Positions 11,148 through 21,107 of a stretch of 32,000 nucleotides of DNA are shown here, in pieces. The first letter of the stretch is position 1. Each line of letters starts with the position of its first letter. The notes under the pieces are model-generated. The model made no database searches. It worked only from the letters and a program-made list of their open reading frames with translations, and was not told where the DNA came from. The stretch comes from Zygophlyctis sp. KS116 (Eukaryota; Fungi; Chytridiomycota). A program made the translations under genes and the position numbers. The stretch covers positions 1 to 32,000 of the forward strand of contig BAAFSQ010000089.1 of NCBI GenBank assembly GCA_054661495.1, in the 5' to 3' direction.

Positions 11148-12229
11148 TCAACTGTTTTTACTACAAAATCCTCGCTCTTCATCCTTTATAGGAAAAGTCT
11201 TGAGTGATTCCAAATGCTTAAACCAACTGTAAAATACACCTCCAGAGACTGTTAATAAGATTCCTAGCCATCTCATATATGACACAACTTCATTTAAAAC
11301 TAAAATAGCAATCATTGTCTGTAAAACACCTCGCAAGGCTGATGAGACCATATGCGTCACTGGAGATGTGATCTTTATTTGTAAAAATCCAGCAAGATTT
11401 ATAAGGAATCCAAATATCCCCTTGATTTAAAAGTAAACAATTTACAGTTGATAAAATTCCAAAAACAAGACTCTTTGAGTCCAATGCGTGAAATGTTTGC
11501 AATTCTCCTACTGATTAGATTCAATTTTATACCAGACACAATCAACCAAACTGATAATAAAATTGCAGATAATAAATTATTATAATACACTAGATCCATT
11601 GTATTATTTTCTACAATTCTAAAATTTAAGATTATAATCATACTCTAAAGACTGTTTAATTACTATTGAATGTAGAGCAGTTGTAAATGAAGATAAAATC
11701 CCATAAAAAAATCCTTTAGATTCAAATTCCATTTTATCTAGAGTAGTTCCCTTGATTAAGAATTACTAGTAAATACCGATAAGAATCCAACAAAAATAAT
11801 TACACAAGACATTATAATACTCGGACTAATTTTTGCATTCAAGTAAATCAATGATAAAAACACTGTAAATGGCAATGTTAGAGATCTTGCAACCTTGAAA
11901 TTTATAATATAGTAAATTACTTGATATAAACTTGCATCAACATGCTGTAAACAAAATGTATTTGCACTTAGTCCGAAAGCATTTACAAATATTAACGGCA
12001 TTAACCTTTTAGACTCTTGAAACCTTATATGAGGTATTTGTACAACATTAAAGGCTGCCATGATATGCATTAGTAGGATTGCAATTATTAATTGTCCCCA
12101 GAGTAATAGTAATGGCGTATCATTTGAATTTAGAACATACTTGTTCAACATTACCATTGATATTGAAGTTGTCATGTAAAACAGGACAGTCAGAACAACT
12201 TGAAGATCTTTATTAAGCAATTGTCTCAT
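11148..12229 (-). CDS. Nucleotide-sugar transporter, SLC35C1/GDP-fucose-transporter-like (TPT/DMT superfamily)
   Basis: FYMTTSISMVMLNKYVL, NTFCLQHVDASLYQ|VARSLTLPFTV, YYNNLLS and QIKITSPVTHMVSSALRGVLQT. Introns 11920-11894, 11776-11751, 11643-11619, 11532-11508 and 11445-11421. Confidence 0.82.
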
Positions 12230-12247
12230 TTAAAAATTCGGAATTTA

Positions 12248-13252
12248 TTAATCTCTTTTTTTAGTGCCCGATATACCAATTAAATCAGGTATATCAGGTA
12301 TATCTGGAGTTGTGGCAGGTGTGGCAAGTGTGGCAGCCAGGGCAGGGTAAGGAGATGAATTATAGAGAAATGTTGCTAAGGTTTAGAAATTTAAAATCAC
12401 CAATCAACACAAGACTAGACCCCAACACAAACATCCCAGTAATTTCGGAATTAAAAATAAAACTTGCCGCAATACTAGATATAATAATTGAAATTGATGT
12501 TGCAAATCCTTTAAGTATATTATCAGCATACTTTACAACCATTGCAACTATTAATCCTGCAAAAGCCTGATTTAATATAGTAATCCATCCTAAAAAATCA
12601 TGATTTTCTAAAAATTCTTGTCCATTTCCCTGTAAAAATCTTTGTAAAAGTCCAAAAATTATTCCAAAAAGTGATAATTGAATATTTCCAAGATAAATAC
12701 ACGATTTTCTAGTTTTTAGAACCTTTTCAAACCTGTTTTGAGTCTTTTATTAAATTACCAGACTCCAGAAATCCCTGATAATACACAAATTACAATAATA
12801 TAATAAAATCCTAATATCTGATTATCTCCTTTAGATTTTAAATTTGAGATTTGAACAATTCCAATTCCAATCATTAATATTAACAATGATATCCATTGTC
12901 TTTTAGTAATTCTTTTATCTAATAAAACTATTGAAAAGACTGCTGTAGTCAGTATCTTGAGTTGATTTAGAACTTGAAACGTTCCTGGTTCTAACAGTCC
13001 AACAGCTAGAAATTGTAAATTATTCTGAATTAGATACAATACTGCAGGAAGACTCATTGATATTGCATTTATTCTCAAGTCTTTTAGTATTTGTAGAGGA
13101 TTTTTAGAAATTAGAATACAAGATACTAGTAGTTTTACAATTTCAGCATGCAAGACTATAGAAGAAGATGTTTGTTTGGAATACTTTATTAAAAGTACTA
13201 GACTGGAATTTTGTAAAACTAGAATACAAAGAGAAAGTAGTTTTAAATTCAT
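12248..13252 (-). CDS. Nucleotide-sugar transporter, SLC35A (UDP-Gal/UDP-GlcNAc/CMP-Sia) family
   Basis: LVLQNSSLVL, PAVLYLIQNNLQF, TFQVLNQLKILTTAVFS, SGISGVWFEK and VVKYADNILKGFATSISII. Introns 12758-12733 and 12400-12376; stop at 12250-12248. Confidence 0.9.
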
Positions 13253-13642
13253 GTCGGATTTATTAGAGAGTATAAACTATATATAGAATAAATAATGTCC
13301 AGGATGAGATTACAATAAATAAAATACTCTAGTATTATATTGTAAATTTACCTTTGTTATTAAACAGCCATTGTTACGGAAAAAGGTTGATTCAATCTGA
13401 TAAGTCTGAGGGGATTTCAGAGGCATTTAGATAATATTGTATTAATAATGCTGATAAGTATAAAGCTGATAAGTAGGTTAGCTCAATATTGTATGGTATG
13501 GTTTTTTGAGATGATAACTAATAGGATGAGATTGACTGATGCGGATTCTAGTTTCACCGCATGAATCTAATGATCTATGATGATCTAATGATGCAGTCAT
13601 GCGTAAAGATGGAATGACGTACTTTAAATTCCGTAGTTTAGA
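13253..13642. promoter_or_regulatory. Divergent promoter region with repeated CTGATAAGT (GATA-like) and AGGATGAGATT elements
   Basis: CTGATAAGT at 13397, 13451 and 13466; AGGATGAGATT at 13301 and 13523; TGATCTA at 13571 and 13581. Confidence 0.4.
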
Positions 13643-16600
13643 ATGGAACAAGATAGATCATCAAATTCAAATTTACAAGAGTCTAAAAAGAAGCAAGGGG
13701 ATTCAAATATTGATGCTACGATTGATGAGGATTTAAAGTTTTATCTTTCCGGACTTTTTAATATTGAAACTTCACCGGTTTATAGGAATTTAGAGCAATT
13801 AAAAGGGAAAAAGGATGCTCCGAATGAAAGGTATATAGTGATTTTTAAACAAGTTAGATTAGATTTTTTGAAAGATTGTATAAAAAGTCTTCATGCAAGT
13901 TTATTAGCTGCTGCAGAGTATGAAAAATTATTAGGGAAAAAAGTTAAACAGATCTTTCAAGATGTTTCTAATCAGAGAATGGAAAGTGATAAGGCAATGT
14001 CAAAACAATTCTCTCAAAATGCAGAAATTGGGGAATTAAAGAGAGAACTTTTAAAGGTTTGATAAAGGTTGATTTATATTAGGCTAAAAATGAAATGACT
14101 CTCTCAATTGAAAGAGAACGTAAACTTAAAAAACAGTTGGAAGACGATCTAAAGCAGAAAAATGAATTAATAAAGGATATTGAAGAAATAAGAAAGCACA
14201 AGGTTGATATGTTAGAACCTGCTCTGATTTCTTCTACAAAAGAACTAAAGGTAAAATATAGCATTAAAAATAAAGGTTGAATTGGCTCAAAGAAGGCATC
14301 AAGTGGAAAATCTTGAAAAGGATCTTGAGGAAAAAGTATCGACGTTTGATGCTGCACAAGCAGAAATTGAAATTTTAGATTCTGAAAGAGATAAACTTGC
14401 AGCTGCTTATAGTAAATCTGTAGAAATGCCAGGAAAAATTATGTAAATTCTTGTTTTTTAATTACAGGAAACAAACAGAAATCTTACATGATGCAATCAA
14501 TACCCTCAATAATGAAGGTGTGAAACAATCTAATTTGGGTCATCAATTAGACAAAGAATTAGAAAGGCTAGGAAAAGTAAAAAAGGTATATTAATGGTAT
14601 TAAAAGCAGGATCTAGAAGAATATAAAAGTTCTGAAATGCAAGAATATGAAGATAAACGAGGTGAAATTTCATTTATGGAAAAAGAGGTTGATAATATAT
14701 TCAAAGAACATGAATATATGAAAGAACAGCTATCTATTCAAAAGGCTGAACGTGTCCGTGTAGATATAGGACTAAAGAGAATTGGATTAGAGGTATTTAT
14801 CATGACTTATTTGATCAGATTAAAAGGGCTCATGATGCTGTTTTAAAGCTTATTAGAGAAAGGGATATTCATTTAAAATTGTACAGAAGGCTTACTACAA
14901 CCGTCAAAAATATTAAAATGACTGGACCCATTCTAAAAAAGCAACAAGAAGAACTCGAGAGTCAGCTAGAGGAGTCCATCAATGAAGAAAAATATCATAA
15001 GAGTCGCTTGGCTGATCTTAAAAAAGAGATTGATATTGCCTTATTTGATTTTCTCAAAATTGATAAACATGACAGGACTGAAGCGGATAATGTGCGATAT
15101 TTGCAGGAAAGAAATAGGGAAGTAGAAAAAGACATTGAAAAATTAAAGTCGAACGCAAAAGAACTTTTTAGAGAAGCTGAGAGACTGAAAACCGAAAGAG
15201 ATCTAAAGGTAAATAATGGTTTAAAGCTCAATATTTCAGGCCGCAGAAGTACTTCGCTTGCAGAGTAAATATCGCAAAGTTAAAGATGAAATGGGCTTTA
15301 AAGATGTCGCAGTCATGGACACTTCAAAGCGGTTGTCCGAAGCACAGCTTCAATTAAAAGATTCTGCGACACTATACGAAGTTGTTAAAAATGAACGAAA
15401 CAAATATGTATTTTCATGTCTTGAATTAATAATAGCTTAATCAAATTCAGTCGACATCACAGAAAGCAGCAGAGATGAAAGAAAAAATTAGAATCTTGTC
15501 GAATGAAATCGAAATTCTCAATAAAGAGTTGATTGATAGAGAGAAAGAACTGACGGTATTCTAAATAAAGTTTTAATATCAAAAGAAAAGAAAACAAGAA
15601 ACTATATCTGGGTATGCCTCTAGAGATACAGTCAAGAATGAAGCCAATCGCTTACTGGCACAGTATAAAAGTAAAAGAGGTATGACCCAGATTTTATGAT
15701 TTAACATTAGAAATTATTGATCAAAATCTTGGAATGATAGAGTTGCTAAATTCTCAAATCAATTATACTGAAGAGGAAATGCTTATACTTAAAACTCGTT
15801 ATGGATCTGCAGTAAAAGATCGTAATAGTGTGGGAATACATTTGCTTGATAGAAATGATGAACTATGTATACTCTATGAGAGACTTAATATTCAACAATC
15901 TATATTAAGCAAGGGTGAACAGGGTCTTAGAGAGCAAGAGGATGAAGTTAGAAAACTATCTCTTATCAGGGCTGAACTCTTAAGAAAAATAGAGTTGGAA
16001 AAGCAACTTCTACCTCAATCAAATACACTCAAAACAAGAATATCAAAAACCGAAACCGAATTTGAAAATATTCAAAAGGCTGTAAATAAATTGAGCATTG
16101 AAATAGAATCTCCTGGAGACACCAAAAACTGCCGATATTTAGAGGGAAAAGATCCTAATATAAAGGATTCAATACAAAAAATTCAAAAGCTGGAACTTTT
16201 ACTTGCAGAAAAAGAAGTAATTATACCTTGGCTAAATTATAGGAGAAAATCCTTGAAAAAGATTTGATTTTAGAAGAAATCGAGATATTAACTGACCGAT
16301 TGAAAAAACAAACAGTAGATGGAAGACAAGAATCAAATGAAATAACTATAAGACTCAATAACTTGACTAAGAAAATAAAGGAAGTTACAAGATCAATGAT
16401 GGCTAAAGTCTCTGAATTATCAATGCATCAAGCTCTAGCAATGAATTTGTTCCAAGAGAACACTGATAAACAAGATCTTGTTAACTCTATCAACCAGCGT
16501 TTAAGTCAAGGAGATATCCCTGTAGAATTGATTGAACGCGATCTAATCCGTTCAGAGAAGATGAGAATCTGGAGAGAAGAACAAGTCTTGGAAGGAAAAC

Positions 16601-16870
16601 AAAAGAGTACGAAAACTGGATTGGACAACTTTGTGAAAATGTAATCTTATTAATCTGACAGTCTATAGTGAAGAAGATGGATTTTACATGTATAATGGAA
16701 TCCGAACCATGGCTGAGCCACGTCCGAATGCATACATTCCCAATTCGATTGGCGTCAATGAACTTCCGATACCAAAACCATATGGCAACTTTGCACCTTA
16801 CAGATCTCAAGAGCTTGGGCCGCAGCTCCGCCATTACAAAAGGCCGGAAGTTAAGCCTGTGCAATTATAA
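13643..16870 (+). CDS. CCDC146: Coiled-coil domain-containing protein 146 (MBO2-like flagellar/axonemal protein)
   Basis: LYEVVKNERNKY, EMKEKIRILSNEIEIL, LLDRNDELCILYE, TRSMMAKVSELSM and the diagnostic C-terminus AEPRPNAYIP...LPIPKPYG.FAPY...G..LRHY..P. Introns 14057-14082, 14251-14275, 14443-14467, 14586-14609, 14793-14818, 15209-15239, 15408-15435, 15556-15585, 15680-15710, 16217-16242, 16641-16668 and possibly 13831-13857. Confidence 0.9.
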
Positions 16871-16898
16871 ATTTAAGGGCGGAGGTTGAAAAAATATA

Positions 16899-18125
16899 AT
16901 GTTGTCATCTACTTTTTCTAACATGGCTATTTCCGATGAGCCAGTAATGACCTTTGTTCCAACTGGAGTGACTGTTGTCGGTGCAAAGAACGTGCAAGCA
17001 ATGGAAAGAATGTTTATTTCTCAAACTAAAAACTCAGCAATTGAACCAATTCAGGTATATACTTATACACTCAACAATAGGTTCTCTCTCGAATTGCTAA
17101 CGATAACGGTATTGTTGAAGAAGCTATCCTTCGATTAAATCACGAAGAAAACTTGGATTGGTTGCTTCCTGGAGTTAGACCAACAAACAAATCTATTGCT
17201 CTCCCAATTGTAAGTTCAATTATATAAAAATAGGTGATGATATCTCAAATTGATAATGCTGGATCATTGATGAGTAAACGCTTTTATTGGGATCAGGCAT
17301 CTGTTTTAAAGCAATTGGGACTGATTCCTACTTCTGCTTACTGTAAAAGCAACAAGTCTGAAGTTAAACTACCTGTTCTAGATGCTCGAATTGTAAATGG
17401 TTTAAAAGCAATGGAGATGGTTGAAAAGGTTGAACCAGTGACTTCTGATCGTGCAGGTTTAAGTTCTGAAGCTGCCCATTTAGCAACTTTAGGAACTCCG
17501 CGTTCCAGAAAGACCAAGGAAACTTCAGAAATGTCAATGATTATGAATGAATCTCCAGTCTCTTATCGTCCACCTTCTGGTTACAACAGACAGAAGAATG
17601 CAAGTGATGTTTTTTCAACCGAGCCTGTACCTCTAAGAACTAGTGTTGCTATAGATCCACGAAAACATGTATCTTCAATTGATTTTTCTGGTTCTGAAGC
17701 TGCTGATTTCCATTCTTCTAAAAAGTCTTTTCCTAGTATGAACAATCAGTCTCAATTTTCCTTGTCTCAAGAGTCGTTGTATCAAGAAGAAATTTCCCAT
17801 GGTAGAAAGCACTTTCATGATAATAATGAAGAATCATCTAAAGAAGTGCAATACGCTGGTAAGAGAATGTATCAGAATGCTTCTGATGAATCTTCTCATG
17901 ACTTGCCAATTCCTAACAGAGGAAGAAGAATGTATTCAAACCAATCCAGCATTGGGTATGAAACTACTGAAAGACCAGTGAGCGCCAGTTTAAAGCGTCG
18001 GGATCCAAATGCACGATCAGAAGAGCATTTACTTGGAATTGTTCCCTCATCTCGGTATTTTATATTTAATAATATTTAGAGTTTTATCTGCTCCTGGAGG
18101 AAAGACTTCTATAGTTTTTGGATAA
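16899..18125 (+). CDS. NTF2/SnoaL-like domain fused to a disordered repeat tail ending in a Jupiter/HN1/SPIRAL1-type 'RVLxxPGGxxSIxFG' motif
   Basis: Spliced N-terminus ...FVPTGVTVVG...IVEEAILRLNHEENLDWLLPGVRPTNKSIALPIVMI...KRFYWDQASVLKQLGLIP; C-terminus PSSRVLSAPGGKTSIVFG*. Introns 17055-17080, 17210-17233 and 18055-18079. Confidence 0.72.
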
Positions 18126-18187
18126 ACAGAAGATGTGTGTCTGAATTAAATATAACAACAGTTATGTCATTATTAACCCTTTGAGAA

Positions 18188-18670
18188 ATGGCCACTTGGG
18201 AAGAACGCTGGTCAAAGTCCAAACAGCGAATCTACTATTTGAACACAGAGACTAAAGAGTCTTGTTGGGAGAGACCCGATGGCGATATAATCCCTTTTAA
18301 GCCTGATTCATCTCAAGTTCAGGCATCACATTTGCTGGTAAAGCACAGTGGTAGCCGTAGACCATCGTCTTGGAGACAGTCTGAAATTACAAGAAGTAAA
18401 GAAGAAGCTATGGAAATAATCCTTGGATACAGGGAAAATATTGTGTCTAAACAAGTCGATTTGGCGACTTTAGCAAAGACAGAGTCTGATTGCTCATCAG
18501 CAAAGGCAGGAGGAAGGTAATTTATGCTAGTAATTGTTAGTTTAGGAGTCTTTGGCAAAGGACAGATGCAACCTGCTTTTGAAAAGGCTGCATTCGCCCT
18601 TGAGATTGGTGAATTATCAGAGCCAGTAGAGTCTGATTCTGGGATTCATTTGATTTTAAGAACTGGATAA
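18188..18670 (+). CDS. PIN1: Peptidyl-prolyl cis-trans isomerase Pin1/Ess1 (WW plus parvulin)
   Basis: WW domain ([23 protein letters not shown]); [34 protein letters not shown] and SDSGIHLI. Intron 18517-18540 (24 nt). Confidence 0.96.
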
Positions 18671-18810
18671 AATAACTATACCTGTTGATCTGATCTACTA
18701 TGATCTACTATATCGATGTCGGATGAATATCTAGATTGGCAAATATCTAGATCAGAAGATTAGTTTTATCGGGGCAATAAGTTCGTAAAATATTCTACAT
18801 TCTACTATTA

Positions 18811-21043
18811 ATGACTCAAGTTTCTAATCTAGAATTTAAATGTCCAAGTCTTGAGTCGCTTGCATCATCCATACACACAGCAGATGATGTTAAATCTATA
18901 CAGGGACTATTGTTTGATTATATTGAAAATGGGAATATTTTAGAGTTGGCTTCAATGCTCAAGGATGATAATATAAATACTGTAGTACTGCAGATTTTAC
19001 TTATGAAGACTATTCCTAATGATGATGATGCTTATTGCTTAGAACCGGATCCTGCAGTGGATCATTTGTTGGGGAATTCGTAAGTAAACGCGACTCCAAC
19101 TGATAATAGATTTACAAATCTCAATGCTCTTCAGCTAGTATGTATTATGGGCGACGAGGATATGGCATGCTTAATATTCGATTTTATGGTTCAAAGGACT
19201 CTAGAAATGGATTCAAAAATATTATTACTAGAATTCATACATCGGACATTCGGACAAAATAATACAATCTTGCATTTAGCTGCATATCTTGGCCAAAAGA
19301 ATTTAGTCAAGAAATTGATTGAATTTGGAGCAAGTGTTTACGTACGAAATGATAATAACTATAAACGTAATTATTGATTTATTAAATATAGCAATTGATC
19401 TTGTGGATGATCAAGAAACAAGCTTAATATTTACAATGACTCCATCAGGTTTATAAAGAATAATTAATCGTAGCGCCTCCTAGATCAGAATTTAATCACG
19501 ATACTCTCCAAAAAAAGTTGACTAGAAAGAATACACCTGCTAAACAAAACATTTCTTTAACAAAAGGCAATTCAAAAAAAGTACATATTCAAGTTTTAAT
19601 CCAAAGTTTGTGAAATTTGATAGTTCCAGTATGCTGATGGATATATGTAAAAATGGATTATCACAATCAATGACAGTAAATGAATTAAAAGCAATGATTC
19701 ATGGATGTGACTACTTGGAAATTATCTCACCACAGAAAAACATGTCTTTGGTTCATATCGCATGTAGTTACGGTCATTCAGATATACTTGAAGTCCTTTT
19801 AGGATATTCAGCAATGCTCATAAACCATCAAGATGTTGAAGGATGGTCGCCGGCTCACTGTGCGTCGGCTGAAGGGCATGTCAATATATTGCGTTTACTC
19901 GGCAATTATGGCCCAATGGTTGCAAATGATGGGAATGGTTGGGATTTTTATGCTGAATCTCCAATTGATTTAGCGATTAAAAATTATGACGGTGAAAGTA
20001 TTGATGATGTGGCTCTTCCTGAAAAGAGGGATGAGATATTGCAGGTTTTAAGTGGTAATTATACTCCTTGAATTTCTAGATCTACGTTTAATTCAAAAAA
20101 AAAGGAAATTATCAAGTATTTCGGACAAAATCATAGTACATGATGATGTTACGTGTATGATTAATTAATTATCTTTGATCTAATATCTAGGTGTACTGGA
20201 GTCATCAATTGAAAGTTTGCATAATAGTATTTTAGGATCAATCAAGGATGCATTATTTCTTTCAAATGACTCTACTCTTTTTGCTCCAGTTTCAGAAAAT
20301 CAAAAAACTCATGTTTTCACTGGTATTTTATTTTTAAATCATTCCAAGATTATGAAAAGGAATCCGATCCGAAGACATCAATTACGCAACCTAAATTTAC
20401 AAACGGTAAGCAATTTTCAGTGATTTATTTAAAGATATACGCAATCAAATTGAACTTAATTTCAATTCAAATTCTCAGTTTACTGATTTAAACTCAAAGA
20501 TTTGTAATAGTAATGATACATTGAAGTCGCAATCAGAAGCACCTTTTATATTGGATTTAGGAAAAGTCACCAATAACGATTCCGAGTTGACCTCTGTTTA
20601 CGATGAATTATTACAAACCAATCTTGATCTTGTATTAGGCTCTAATGGGACGTTATGTGATGGTAATTATATCTCACAATAAAGACACAGATAAAGACAA
20701 AATTGATTTATCTATAAAAAACAAGCTAGAAAGCTTTCCAGAATCAGATGCTACAGTTTACACAAATCTCATCAATCCAATACGACCAGAATCAAATCAG
20801 AATTTAGAAGCAATCAAATATAATTCCAGAAATCCATTTTTGGAACTTATCTTCAGTTCACAATCAGAGGAGTGGAAACCTTCATCTCCATATATCCATG
20901 GCAAAGAATCTGATAATATGTATTCGATAGACATAAAAGATGCATCACAAAACAATTCTAGAGAATTTCAGAAGCTTAAAAGCTCAAGCGGATTAAGTAT
21001 TCAAGAAAGAATAAGAAGACTGAATCAATTGGGGGTTCAATGA
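18811..21043 (+). CDS. Ankyrin-repeat protein with a low-complexity C-terminus
   Basis: NTILHLAAYLGQKNLVKKLIEFGA, SLVHIACSYGHSDILEVLL and GWSPAHCASAEGHVNIL. About 9 micro-introns (19080-19109, 19367-19391, 19449-19473, 19581-19606, 20055-20079, 20155-20190, ~20323-20348, ~20406-20434, ~20663-20690) give one continuous frame. Confidence 0.75.
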
Positions 21044-21107
21044 CTAAACAATTAAATAAAAATCGTACCTGATATAAATATAGATTGTGCTTGGTCATAG
21101 CACTTGC

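Noticed and set aside
12229-12250. Readthrough fusion of the two transporters, since the 18-nt gap is in frame
   Set aside because: The spacer reads TAA TAA ATT CCG AAT TTT TAA ATG, with three stops.
18505-18550. PIN1 reads GGSLG instead of the usual GDLG at the splice junction
   Set aside because: It is a single substitution with the catalytic Cys/His and basic loop intact, which is not enough to claim altered function.
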